DNA of 54,313 nucleotides, filler included, from Asterionella formosa (taxonomy: Eukaryota), in the NCBI GenBank assembly GCA_002256025.1. It is 4 parts of 4 records of this genome, joined end to end, with 100 filler letters (N's around TTAATTAATTAA, not from the genome) between each part and the next. Parts side by side here need not be neighbours in the genome. Positions count along the whole stretch, not along the records: positions 27,229 to 40,721 come from NKIB01006640.1; positions 40,822 to 54,313 come from NKIB01006650.1; 2 more parts are not named here. The stretch is one strand, 5' to 3'. Position 1 is the first letter of the stretch. Each line of letters opens with the position of its first letter. Positions 37,173 through 49,230 of the stretch are shown here, one piece after another. Position numbers and translations under genes: made by a program. The notes below the pieces were generated by a model that searched no databases, had not been told where the DNA came from, and was given only the letters and a program-made list of their open reading frames with translations.

Positions 37173-37759
37173 GGCTTAGCAGTGAAAGGGAGTTCAGGGT
37201 GAGAGGAGGCGAATGGCTTGGTCTCTTTTTGTGGTTCGTTCCTGTCACTGAAGCCATGCCAAGACACGGCGTTCCGATTTTATGTACATACTAGCCAAAA
37301 TTGAAATGATTTGATCCCCCACACGTTTGTCATTTCTCTCAATAGATTTACCGGTACCGGTAGGAAAATCCGGTAAATATTAATATTCATAATTAATAAT
37401 CATATTTTAGCCTATTTCATCATAATATTAACGCTGTACTGTACTTCTACACCACCCTAACAAATGGTCGTAGCTATAATATTCAACAAGAGCAAGAGGA
37501 TGGCTGCTCGGCCGGAGGAGACTATACCTAGTATGGTACCTGGTACCAGGTACCTGGTACTCCAGGTATCCTGGAACCAGTACCAGTACCGGTATTATAT
37601 CTCATGACACCGGGTACCACGTAGTCTACCAGGTACCTGGTACCGGTATGTGAATGCACATCACCAAAGAGCACAATTCTTTCGTCGATCTCGTCGTGAT
37701 CACTCGTGGCTGATGGCTGTCTGATATTATATTTATTCAATCCACCATCAGCAGCCACG

Positions 37760-38163
37760 ATGTCAATCAACAACAAAAAGCTTCATCTTCAGGTTCAGTA
37801 TTGTGGTGGGTGAGGTGAGTCTTTGTGTGCGTGATGTTGTATCAAGTTACTGAAATATGAGTTAACGCAGGTCAATTTCTTCTGTTTGTTCCATGATACT
37901 CCAACACAGGCTACAAGAGGTATTACCATTCACTCAAGGACTATTTTTCAACCACCAATGTCGCCGAGCAGCTGGAATGGGTAGCCTTGAAAGATCGTGG
38001 TGTTACTGGTAATTTTATTGTTACGGTTCTTCCTTCTGGACACGTTTTGCACACGAACAAGGGTGGTGGCGTCAAGAAAGGAAAGGCACAAACCATGGAA
38101 GAACGTCGCGCCATTTTGACACAGATCCAAGTCTTGTTGGAAGATCAAGAGGAAGACGAATAA
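37760..38163 (+). CDS. SELENOW: Selenoprotein W-like (Rdx family) protein, 102 aa, Sec at codon 18; exons 37760-37814 and 37910-38163
   Basis: MSINNKKLHLQVQYCGG-TGA(37811-37813)-G|GTGAGT...ACAG|GC-YKRYYHSLKDYF...DRGVTGNFIVTV..GHVLHTNK. YCxxUGY and TGxFxV..G..LHxK are SelW hallmarks. Candidate SECIS downstream. Confidence 0.92.
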
Positions 38164-38200
38164 AGTATCTCTGAAAGGCAAATGTTTGTCAAAACAGCAA

Positions 38201-38276
38201 GTGGGAACGGAAGGAATGACGGCAATTGCGTGGTAACAAAGAGTTCCATAAGAATGCCTGAACGAAGGATACCCAA
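38201..38276 (+). promoter_or_regulatory. Candidate SECIS element in the 3' UTR of the SelW-like gene
   Basis: ATGAC (38216-38220)-GGCA...GTGG-T-AA (38235-38236)...CCAT...TGCC-TGAA (38259-38262): UGAN/NGAN core, helix II and apical AA; weak helix I TGGG/CCCA. Confidence 0.75.
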
Positions 38277-38915
38277 GAGATTGAGAATCTACTTCAGACC
38301 CCAACTTTGCTTATATNNNNNNNNNNNNNNNNNNNNNNNNNNNNNNNNNNNNNNNNNNNNNNNNNNNNNNNNNNNNNNNNNNNNNNNNNNNNNNNNNNNN
38401 NNNNNNNNNNNNNNNNNNNNNNNNNNNNNNNNNNNNNNNNNNNNNNNNNNNNNNNNNNNNNNNNNNNNNNNNNNNNNNNNNNNNNNNNNNNNNNNNNNNN
38501 NNNNNNNNNNNNNNNNNNNNNNNNNNNNNNNNNNNNNNNNNNNNNNNNNNNNNNNNNNNNNNNNNNNNNNNNNNNNNNNNNNNNNNNNNNNNNNNNNNNN
38601 NNNNNNNNNNNNNNNNNNNNNNNNNNNNNNNNNNNNNNNNNNNNNNNNNNNNNNNNNNNNNNNNNNNNNNNNNNNNNNNNNNNNNNNNNNNNNNNNNNNN
38701 NNNNNNNNNNNNNNNNNNNNNNNNNNNNNNNNNNNNNNNNNNNNNNNNNNNNNNNNNNNNNNNNNNNNNNNNNNNNNNNNNNNNNNNNNNNNNNNNNNNN
38801 NNNNNNNNNNNATACCAGGCACTCTTGCTGTGCACAAATTAAGTCTCAGAATAAACTACATGGAATGTTTGAGCGCAGGGGCATTGCGACAGCAGGAAGT
38901 TTGTGGAACATAAGA

Positions 38916-40721
38916 CTAATCAATTTCAATAGGGGAAACATCATGAAGGTCAAACAGAGTCCGGAATTCACCAAGGCGAAGCCGTCGAACTTCTTCTGGT
39001 TTTAACTTTTCCATGGCACCCTTACTCATGGCCGCTTTGGATTCCTGAAGATCAACCATACGTTCTTCAATGGTGTTGGCCATGACAAATCGGACAATAC
39101 GGACATTGCGTGTCTGAGAAAGACGGTGTACCCGATCCATGGCTTGCATTTCAACAGCCTTATTCCACCACGTATCCATCATAAAGACATGATTGCCTCG
39201 AGTAAGATTGATTCCAGTTCCTGCGGCATGCAAACTGCAAATCATAAAGCGAGGTCCATCACCCTTGGAGTTGAATTTTCGAATAGCATCAATTCGTTGA
39301 GGAGCAGATTTGGTTCCATCGATGCGAGCGAAGGTGTGCCCTCTAGCTCGCATGTGATTCTCAATCTCATCAAGGAACTTAGTGAATTGGCTGAAAATGA
39401 CCCCCTTCTCATCATCAAGCATCTCGTCAATGGCTACCAACAGGGCTTCAATCTTGGGTGAGACACCGATATTTTCCATCAATTTTGATGCTGTGGATTC
39501 CCCAACAGAGACATTGCAAATGGCAACAGCATTGCATGCCACACTCTTACGAATCATGTCTGCTGCAACAAAGTCCACACGACAGAATGGACACTTTCCT
39601 GAAATTTCTCCTACTTTGGAAAGGCAAGGCTGACAAAAGATATGGGAGCAAGCACGGAGTATCACACATTCACTCTCATCCATATCTGTCAAGCAGACGG
39701 CACACTCGGTTGCCTCGTCCTGAAAGGTTCCTTTGAGCTTTTCTAGCAACGCCATACCTTCGACTGCAGTCAACGGCTTAGTTTCATCCAATCCTTGAAT
39801 TTCCTGCAACACTAACTCTGCACGTTCCAGATGAGCCTTGGGAACCAACATACCACTGCAACAGGCTTGTCGAATGCGAAGCAGTGTTTCAAAGATGGAA
39901 GCATAATTCTTCAAGGCTGCATTGTCATCTGACAAAGTAGCAGCAAGGGCAAACCTAGCAGTACGAAACAATGTATCATGAATAATTTTGTGGACATTAT
40001 CTTGAGGGAACTCAACTGCTCTCAATTCAACCACCTTTTCTGGTATATTCAAATTCGCAGCTTGCTTGTTGCGTCTCAATGCCACATGAGCCATCATGAC
40101 ACGCAGACGTGACAATCCAGTAGGATCACCCTGCATCAATGGCTGAACGATTGCTCGACGAAAGACTTGTGAATCGCCAAGAGGCTCAACACCTAAAAAA
40201 CTAAACAAGGAATACAGATCATCAACCTTGTTTTGAAGAGGTGTCCCTGTCAATGCCCATTTGAGTTCTGCCTTGAGGGATGAGCATGCCTTGAACAAGC
40301 GAGTTTTGGTATTACGAATCATATGAGCTTCATCCAAAATGATGCGGTGGAAGGTGTGATCAAAAATGGATGTGCTTTTTGTTTTCTTTTTTTCAGGTTC
40401 AGTTCCACCTTGTCGGTTGAGCTTGCCAAAGTCATGGGCAACAGTATTGTATGAGGCTACCAGTACATCGATAGTGTCAAGGTTCAGAAGAACAGAAAAC
40501 CGATCTGTTCCATGATACATGCCAACCCTGAGTGTTCCATGCTGTACATGCATTTCAATCTGCTGCAACCAGTTAGATATGACGGAAACAGGGCATAGAA
40601 TGAGGGTTGTAATTGGTTGTGAAACAGTGGAAGTATGAATTGTTATTTGTCGTGGTTTGAATGCATTCAAGCCAGCATGATAAGCCTCCACTGATAGCTT
40701 GCCTGATTTGAGTGCCTCCAT
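38916..40721 (-). CDS. RAD5/HLTF (SMARCA3)-like SNF2 helicase with RING finger, 5'-truncated by gap
   Basis: TLILCPVSVISNW, RIILDEAH, WALTGTPLQN, LLRIRQACC, RING CAVC..CSHIFCQPC..CPFC, VIFSQFT, GTGINLT, QAMDRVHRLSQ. Confidence 0.93.
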   Translation of the reverse strand: MEALKSGKLSVEAYHAGLNAFKPRQITIHTSTVSQPITTLILCPVSVISNWLQQIEMHVQHGTLRVGMYHGTDRFSVLLNLDTIDVLVASYNTVAHDFGKLNRQGGTEPEKKKTKSTSIFDHTFHRIILDEAHMIRNTKTRLFKACSSLKAELKWALTGTPLQNKVDDLYSLFSFLGVEPLGDSQVFRRAIVQPLMQGDPTGLSRLRVMMAHVALRRNKQAANLNIPEKVVELRAVEFPQDNVHKIIHDTLFRTARFALAATLSDDNAALKNYASIFETLLRIRQACCSGMLVPKAHLERAELVLQEIQGLDETKPLTAVEGMALLEKLKGTFQDEATECAVCLTDMDESECVILRACSHIFCQPCLSKVGEISGKCPFCRVDFVAADMIRKSVACNAVAICNVSVGESTASKLMENIGVSPKIEALLVAIDEMLDDEKGVIFSQFTKFLDEIENHMRARGHTFARIDGTKSAPQRIDAIRKFNSKGDGPRFMICSLHAAGTGINLTRGNHVFMMDTWWNKAVEMQAMDRVHRLSQTRNVRIVRFVMANTIEERMVDLQESKAAMSKGAMEKLKPEEVRRLRLGEFRTLFDLHDVSPIEID

Positions 40722-41418
40722 NNNNNNNNNNNNNNNNNNNNNNNNNNNNNNNNNNNNNNNNNNNNTTAATTAATTAANNNNNNNNNNNNNNNNNNNNNNN
40801 NNNNNNNNNNNNNNNNNNNNNCCACCTCAAGAGTGGCTGGCACCCCGCCAGACTGGGCATTCAAACATAGTCACCTTCCTCCACTTTGTACATGCAGGCA
40901 TCACCATGTTTGTTGGGATGATCCCTATTACTTATGTCATCAAGAAGGGGAGCGGAGAGAAGCAAGAAAATTCTGGGGAACAGGAGGGGGGGGGGGTTGT
41001 TAGGAGTGGACACTCATTGTAGGCTAGTAGTGTGGCAAGAGAGTCCTCTAGAATATTTAGTTTGCCATACTTAGGGAAAGGCTGGAGTAAGGGGTGTCAC
41101 TGGTGTCCTGGTGGTTTTTGTCATGGTGGAGAATCAACTCCACTTGTAGGGAGGCAAAGACAACTTGCTTGGGTTGTGTGTACTACTAAATCCCAGTTGG
41201 GGAGATGACAAACCTGAACAGAGTAATAGTAGGCAGTGGAGCAGGTGACAAGCGCTTTGTTGTCAATGTGAGTGCAACCGGAGGTGACAGATGAAGGGAG
41301 TTGGAGGAGAGCAAAGATGGCTCCTAAATGCCCACAGCATTTGGTTCGAAAAGACAAGAGAGGATTTAATAAGGATTTGCTGGTGGGAATACATTTGAGG
41401 AAAGTTGTGGGGACACTG

Positions 41419-42320
41419 CATCTAAGACGCCAATTGTGGCAATTTTTTGAATATATGTCTAAAGTGATGTATTTATGCTACTTTTGTAAAGTATTATGTT
41501 GCTTTTCCATAATGAAAGAAAGAGTCGCCAATTCAGATTCACTTATTATATTTCTGCTAAGACATATTGTTTCTTTGATCTGAACTGCCCAAGAACAACA
41601 CATGTAAGAGGAAGATCCACACAGTACTAGAATTAATCACATTTAGCTAGAAGTAGACACATTATAGCACATTTTTTGGTCATTGTCGATTGTAGAGTTT
41701 ACACTAGCCAGCCAGATTAGTAATAAAGCATTGTTGATCCTTGCAGAGCATCATTGAGCCTTGCATGTCACAGTAGTGACTCAAAACTGAGATGTACCAC
41801 AATGACCTTCTCCTTTTCGGAGCAGATACAAATAGTCTAGTACAGTGATAACTCTAGTAAGTACAATATAGGAAAAGAAGCAAAGGACGAGGAGCGGTCA
41901 ACGATCGATTTTATATATTTATAGAGAAACAGCTGTTACATATTTTAGCATTCCTCGCATGTTGCACATGCTGTAGTGACTCGAAGTTGAAATGTGCCGC
42001 AATGGCCTTCTCCTTCTTGGAGCAGCTACAAAAAGTCCACTGCGATAACTCAAGCAAGTACAATATAGAAAAAGAAGCAAAGGATGAGGAGCGGTCAATG
42101 ATCGATTTTATATCTTTCTATAGAAACAGCTGTTGCATATTTTAGCTTTCATAGCATGTTGCCGTAGTGCTGACTCGAAATTGAGATGTGCCATAATGGC
42201 CTTCTGTGGCTACAAATATTCTACAGCAATAACTCTAGCAAGTACAACATAGAAAAAGAAGCAAAGGATGAGTAGGTGTCAACAATTAATTTTATAAATT
42301 TCTATAGAAACAGCTGTTGC
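41419..42320 (+). mobile_element. Second copy (inverted) of the right arm of the 644-7440 element: terminus, unique segment and ~3 array-A units
   Basis: Starts CATCTAAGACGCC; 41457-41800 is the reverse complement of ~5960-6397 with a deletion and without the Harbinger MITE; A units at ~41930, 42128 and 42311. Confidence 0.85.
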
Positions 42321-42489
42321 AGTAGATAACGGAATATTTGAAACTTCTCCAGGAAAGTTTGAAGCTTTCAAATTCAATCTGTAACAGTCATGTGCTCTCC
42401 AACATTTTCTGTATTAGCTTCTTGGCAAGGGTTCAGTGTCAATCTGATCCAAGGTTACCATATTTTTCTGTAGAAAATTTGATAACTGC

Positions 42490-43277
42490 AATGCCAAGAA
42501 GAGCAGGAGTTTATTTGGGAGGAATTATTTTTCATTGGAATACGGTTATGGATTTCCCTTTTATTGCAGATTTCCTATTATTACAGAATAGATGACAGGC
42601 CTTGATTGATTAAAATTGAAGTCAAGAGAACTTGAAGTGATGAAATTTTGATTATGAAACAGAAATGGAAGTCCTGGAACTCACACAGAATCCAACCAAG
42701 CAACTTGGAAAATTAAGTCATGGGCCGTTTATGATTGAATGAGTGAATTGCAATGGAACAATTACTATTCACAGGAAGGCTACTGTGGTGGATCAGATTA
42801 ATATCCAGAATGTCCAGCAATTTAAATGAGCTGCAGAGAATCATAGACAGATGTAACTGAGTTTTCAGAGAGGATTTAGGTTGGCCATGGAGAACCATCA
42901 CACGTTGGTTTTTTCAACAAGCAATTCTACCTTCAAAATATGATTCTATTCTATTCACAAGAGAAGATTAGTTATGATGCTAGCCACTTATTCCAATTAC
43001 TTTGGAAGGGAAGAGTGCAAGAGTCTAGTGACCACTGCGACTGACTTATCTGATTAGATCTGGAGTTTGGAACTCAAGGCCATTGACATTTTTATTGAGC
43101 TTCTCATTGAGGCTTCTGATTGAGGCTGCTCATTGAGGCTTCTCATGAGGTTCACCTATTGAAGCTTCTCATATTGAGGTTCACCTATTGTGGTTCAGCT
43201 CTGCGTTCACTATCTTTTTCTGTTTTTAAGTAAATTTTATAGACTGTATTACCTTAGGGTTGTGCATCTCTCTTTCA
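42490..43277 (+). mobile_element. Decayed Ty3/gypsy integrase C-terminus, PPT and probable 3' LTR (43016-~43277)
   Basis: GGIIFHWNTVMDFPFIADFLLLQNR*QALID..ENLK..FDY..EVL..NPTK..HGPFMI..VNCNGTITI..DQINI; GGAAGGGAAGAG followed by TG at 43016; short ATTGAGG repeats in the LTR. Confidence 0.7.
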
Positions 43278-43542
43278 GTCACCACAGACAAAAAAAGGAA
43301 ATGTAAGTTTGTTTCTCAATTATGTACCTGGCACTGAAACGTCATATGTAGGGACTCTCTGTCCCAGATGGTTATACCTGTTCGATGCTACGGCAAAAGG
43401 AACCGGTACATGTATTAGCTATGCTCTAATAGCTGAGTGTTTGTTCTTTATTGAATGATGTGAAAATGAGAACCATCAAGAGGCCACAAGAAATCGTTCA
43501 TAAACTTGCAATTGCATTTATTTGAAACTCGTCGTTATCACC

Positions 43543-44154
43543 ATGGCTAAGGAAGACGGAAATGAAAAGAAGGGAGCCAAAGTCTTCACGACCAAGTGCT
43601 CGCAGTGTCACACTGTGGAAGCCGGGGCTGCTCAGAAGCAGTGACCGAATCTTCATGGATTCTTTGGTCGTCAATCCGGTCAGGCGGAGGGATACTCCTA
43701 CTCAAGTGCCAACAAAAAGTCGGGAATTATTTGGGGGGACGAAACGCTCTTTGAATACTTGGAGAACCCTAAGAAGTACATCAAGGTACGCAATGTAACA
43801 CCCATTTGTTGGTTTTTGCGTGCGTGTCTTTGTGCATTGGAGGCATAGGCATGCTGTGGTGGCAGTGTTGGCCAGAATGCTACCATTCCATTGCAAAGTC
43901 AATTTGAGTGGTTGACTTTTTGCCCTTATTTTATTTTTCCTACAATAAATTCCCTCAAATCTCTGTTGGCGTTCTATTTTCGCGACGAAAAATATGGCAA
44001 TAATTTTGTCAATCTCACATCTTATTTCACCGGGTTTCTCGACATTTTCCACTCCATCCATATACAGGGAACTAAGATGGTATTCGCTGGAATCAAGAAG
44101 TCTGCCGAGCGCAAGGATCTCATTACCTACCTCAAGGTTTCCACCAGTTCATAG
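43543..44154 (+). pseudogene. CYC1: Mitochondrial-type cytochrome c gene with in-frame TGA at codon 34; exons 43543-43785 and 44068-44154
   Basis: [103 protein letters not shown]. CxxCH and axial Met intact. Identity is clear; pseudogene versus base error is unresolved. Confidence 0.8.
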
Positions 44155-44303
44155 ATATGGAGTCGATTCGATGTTGTAAAAGTAATCCTATTGCATATCC
44201 TGTGTATTATTCATTGTTCGCTTGAGTATAGAATCAGGGAACTCGTCACAAAATTACTTGTGCAGACGAAAATTTTACAAGGACTGGCAACATCGAAAAC
44301 AAC

Positions 44304-45986
44304 TTAACAGGCAATACTCACACGGCCACTGGAGTTGCCGCCAACCACAATTAGCTTCTCTGTCGATGGGTGGAAACAACATCGACTGGCCACAGCTGTC
44401 AATGCATCACCATAGATATCACGCAGTTTCGAACCCTGACTGTCAAATAGTTCAATCGCTCTGGGCCTTTGCATGCTCCCGACAACAAATACGTCGAGAG
44501 ATGGATGCCAATTGGCCTGAAAGGTGGTTAGCCACCGTCCCGTCTGATTATCATGCTTCACTCTCGTCGTAGGAGCGATCTGGTCCGTAGCTAAATGGAA
44601 GTTATTTAGTATGTCAAGTGTATTCATCTGAGTTGTCGCTACCAACTGAGATCCACTTGGAGAAAAGTAGGCACTGTTGACTGACCGCCCGGCGTGGTAG
44701 CTGGCAAGGCAGTTCGTCTTTTTCTTATCATTGCATCCAAACTTGCGAGTGTCCCAGAGTCGCACGGTGCAATCTAATCCAGCAGAAGCTAGACTGAATC
44801 CATCGGGATGAAGACTGAAACCAAAAAATAACGTTAGTACTAGGATCGGAGCAACCAACACACAAAGATTACAATCACGTACCTTAATGTATTGATTTTC
44901 TGTTCACTGAGTTCTTCCATGAACGTTACCTTCCCCTTGCGTACCCGTAGGTCGACATGCATGGCTGTTCCAACTGATGATGACATAAAGAAACACTTGT
45001 CAACGTTGAATCGATGGTCCATAGACACATGTTGAATCCAATATCGGTATCCCTGATCAATGCCTCGACCAAGGTTACCACTGAATGAGGTGGAATCATC
45101 ATATACAGCGAATATCTCTGTAAATATCTGTGATGCAACATCGAACGAGCGTACAGAACCATCGTAGGAGGACGACATTAGCTTGTCTCCTCTGGGTGTC
45201 CACTCCAAACAACAAATGGGTTTGGTATGAATACGAAACAAATGGGTTGATCCTCCATCCTCGATGGATCCATGAAGGTTCCACAAGCCCACAAAACCCT
45301 GTTTGTCACCAGCTCCAACAATGAGAGAGTCTGTCGAAGGGTGACAGACGATGGAATATATGCGGTCGGGAGTCACCTTGGCAACCCTATGATTGTCGTT
45401 AATAGACAATCTATTTATCTTCCCCTGAATCGACTCCTTGTTGAGGCTGACAACCGAGTTGGGACTAAGAACCTTCGTTTCCTTTGCAGAAGTAATGTAG
45501 GAAGCAAGGCTCGTAGTTGCAAATTGTTCGGCTTCAGCTACCGACGTTTCGTTTACCCACTTTGGACCTGCCAACTCAATAGCCTCTTTAATAGACAGGT
45601 CAGCTCCATCATTAATGCGATCATTGAAAAATTTCGGCTCGTTAGGGTATGTCTCCGAGGCTGGTGCTGTGCTGCTTCCAACCGCGGCATTTCCTCCAAT
45701 GGTAAATCGACCTGCACCTTCATGCTCCACATATATTCCATCGGACTTTACACCAGCGATTCGATTGGATGTTCGACGGGGCAATATTATTGCAGGTTCA
45801 CGTATTGCTTTGCGCTTCCTGGGCTTTGCCAGCGTAGGGCGAACAATGGCATTGCTCAATTGTTGTTTGGCTTGAATAAGCCCACACTCAATCAATCGTT
45901 GATCATTTCTCAATCGTTTGGCATCTACCATGTCCTGGTACGTTTCAAAGTGTTGACCATCAAGGGTATACATGACTTCTGACTCG
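44304..45986 (-). CDS. WDR76: WD40-repeat protein WDR76/Cmr1-like, 5'-truncated by gap; intron 44882-44815
   Basis: VAKVTPDRIYSIVCHPS..VGAGDKQGFVGLW, SSSYDGSVR, KINTLS|LHP, SVNSAYFSPSG, HDNQTGRWLTTFQANW, VVGGNSSGRV. Confidence 0.88.
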
Positions 45987-46882
45987 NNNNNNNNNNNNNN
46001 NNNNNNNNNNNNNNNNNNNNNNNNNNNNNNNNNNNNNNNNNNNNNNNNNNNNNNNNNNNNNNNNNNNNNNNNNNNNNNNNNNNNNNNNNNNNNNNNNNNN
46101 NNNNNNNNNNNNNNNNNNNNNNNNNNNNNNNNNNNNNNNNNNNNNNNNNNNNNNNNNNNNNNNNNNNNNNNNNNNNNNNNNNNNNNNNNNNNNNNNNNNN
46201 NNNNNNNNNNNNNNNNNNNNNNNNNNNNNNNNNNNNNNNNNNNNNNNNNNNNNNNNNNNNNNNNNNNNNNNNNNNNNNNNNNNNNNNNNNNNNNNNNNNN
46301 NNNNNNNNNNNNNNNNNNNNNNNNNNNNNNNNNNNNNNNNNNNNNNNNNNNNNNNNNNNNNNNNNNNNNNNNNNNNNNNNNNNNNNNNNNNNNNNNNNNN
46401 NNNNNNNNNNNNNNNNNNNNNNNNNNNNNNNNNNNNNNNNNNNNNNNNNNNNNNNNNNNNNNNNNNNNNNNNNNNNNNNNNNNNNNNNNNNNNNNNNNNN
46501 NNNNNNNNNNNNNNNNNNNNNNNNNNNNNNNNNNNNNNNNNNNNNNNNNNNNNNNNNNNNNNNNNNNNNNNNACAGGTTTATAAATACCGGTATGTTGCA
46601 GAACAAAATGACTCAGAAAGGTATTACCCGATACACGGTACCAGGTAGTGTACCATCATATCAACGTAAATAAGAGTACTGGTACATACCAGGTACCAGG
46701 TATGAATTGATCTACCGGGTACCGGTATGTGCTCTAACACCCTGGTGGTGTCCATCCTTTTTCAGAGTATCGGTAGGAATGCTACCGGTATGATAGCAAA
46801 TGCAGTACCGGTAGTTTACAAGTAATAATACAACCTGTATCACAAACTTATTTCAATGTTTCTTCACAAGTTATAGTGCTAT

Positions 46883-48339
46883 TCAAAAATCCTCCACCCC
46901 TTGTGGTGCTCCACGACCTATTCCTAAGGCAGCACCAGTTAGAGAGTCTCCTTGACGGAGATTTTGATATCTTGTTGATGACACAATTGCTAGATCCAAC
47001 TTTCGAATTCGATCTGTCAAAGTCATAAGCTCTGCAAGGTTTTCTGTTGGCATGGGTTCAGATTCAATATGATCCAAGGTTACCATATCATCCCTTTCAG
47101 TCACAACTAGGCCATCGACTTGTTGGAGAAGAGCGGGCAATTCTTCCACAGGCACACCTAGTTCTGTACTCAATTTCCCAAAAGGAATGACACTGTATAT
47201 TGATGCCAATTTCTGAACATGCCGATGCAACAGTTCTGTTTCCAATTTTTCCATTAGCCCAGTTGTTTTGTCTCTAGTCCACTGATCTGCATACTTTGAC
47301 TTGACTTGCAAAAAATTGTTTCGATCGGTGGCAAAGGCTTTGGCCACTTCCACATAAGCAGGAATACCAACACCAACTTTTGCACTGATGTTTTGAGCAT
47401 CAGTGTTGTTAGCACCTTCTTGTGCCGTCGTCGTTGTTGTATTCGTCGTTTCAGGCGCATCATTGGTCTTTGTGAGTAATCTGACCAAGGCCACGGACGC
47501 CGTCACAGGAAAGGCCACCAATTGCTGAAATGACGCCACCTTTTTCTCTGGTATGACCAAACACTGACAAAGTACCAGCTTTTTCCATGCTTCCACAGCA
47601 ATGACAGACACTCGTTCCATAGGAACCGAAAGCACGGTCCAAAAGCATCGAATGGCCACTTTGAATTCGTCACAGCCAATATGAATCATCCCTCTGAGAT
47701 AGTAGTAGCGCAATACTTGTTCTACTGAAGTCACCCTTTGAGGCCTAGGCCAATCATCACGTACCATGCGACATGCGAATCTATATTGTCCTGCCAGAAG
47801 TGCACATTGTAGGAATTCCACATGAGCTGCCATGATTGTCTGTCGATGAAGGAGCATGACTTGGTGCAGTGCTAGAAGAATGCCCGATTGGGAAATGGTG
47901 GCTCGGGGTGCTGAACAATTCGTCGCGGCGTTCCCAACGGTCTGTACAAATAAATGTTCCATTCGCAAATAAGTTAGACGGTGGAGAACAAGTGAGTGGG
48001 ACTGTGACAGAGCGTGCTACCAAACAAAAGTCAATGGCCAACAAAACGACTGCGAAAACGTACATCAATAATGAAATGAATCTGCTTCATTCGGAGAACG
48101 TCGTCTCCACCTTCGACCAGCGCAATGGTAGGTAAATGATTCGCTGTGGCTTGCAGATACAAAGCGGCTACATGCGGATTTGCATTTAGCTGCTTCATAT
48201 AGGAGCCAATCGGTGCGGCTGCCAGCAGATCCAAGGCATGAGTCGCCGTGACTGTTGACTCTCCTACCAATGGATTTAAATAGGCTACTGCTTCTTCCTT
48301 GGTATTCCAGAACCTTCCAGCACCAGCTGCTGCTGCCAT
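46883..48339 (-). CDS. CSN3: COP9 signalosome subunit 3-like PCI protein (444 aa); exons 48339-48064 and 47941-46883
   Basis: HVEFLQCALLAGQY, LRYYYLRGMIHIG, VSVIAVEAWKKLVL, VQKLASIYSVIP; phase-0 intron GTACGT...CTAAC...TACAG. Confidence 0.8.
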
Positions 48340-49230
48340 TGCAACTGTGGATTGATGTGTGGTTTTATAGAGGAGAGAGGAGCAACAGATTGATCTGTTT
48401 CATACAGATGACCAATGAACAGTGCGAATACTGTCGGAAGTCCAGTGTATCACGGAGTTTACCGGTACCAGGTACCGGTAATAAGATTAGAATCATTTGG
48501 TGTGANNNNNNNNNNNNNNNNNNNNNNNNNNNNNNNNNNNNNNNNNNNNNNNNNNNNNNNNNNNNNNNNNNNNNNNNNNNNNNNNNNNNNNNNNNNNNNN
48601 NNNNNNNNNNNNNNNNNNNNNNNNNNNNNNNNNNNNNNNNNNNNNNNNNNNNNNNNNNNNNNNNNNNNNNNNNNNNNNNNNNNNNNNNNNNNNNNNNNNN
48701 NNNNNNNNNNNNNNNNNNNNNNNNNNNNNNNNNNNNNNNNNNNNNNNNNNNNNNNNNNNNNNNNNNNNNNNNNNNNNNNNNNNNNNNNNNNNNNNNNNNN
48801 NNNNNNNNNNNNNNNNNNNNNNNNNNNNNNNNNNNNNNNNNNNNNNNNNNNNNNNNNNNNNNNNNNNNNNNNNNNNNNNNNNNNNNNNNNNNNNNNNNNN
48901 NNNNNNNNNNNNNNNNNNNNNNNNNNNNNNNNNNNNNNNNNNNNNNNNNNNNNNNNNNNNNNNNNNNNNNNNNNNNNNNNNNNNNNNNNNNNNNNNNNNN
49001 NNNNNNNNNNNNNNNNNNNNNNNNNNNNNNNNNNNNNNNNNNNNNNNNNNNNNNNNNNNNNNNNNNNNNNNNTGAAAATCAATAGTGGCTGTGTAAATAC
49101 AAGGTTCAGGGATACTTCTGTATTTTTGTAGTAACATGAGGTTGACCTAATCTATACTGCTTCATAGCTATACCATATAAGTTGAAAAAGACAAGGCAGT
49201 AGAAATGATGATTTGACATTGTCGAATTTA

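Noticed and set aside
38182..39005. Long ORFs spanning N gaps (also 45972-46673, 48255-49137, 50318-51976)
   Set aside because: Length comes from X translation of gaps; 38182 onward is the SelW 3' UTR.
43642..43644. Cytochrome c TGA as selenocysteine
   Set aside because: Aligns to Gly rather than Cys, and no SECIS-like core is visible downstream.
45272..45982. 236-aa plus-strand ORF
   Set aside because: Antisense shadow of the WDR76 coding region.
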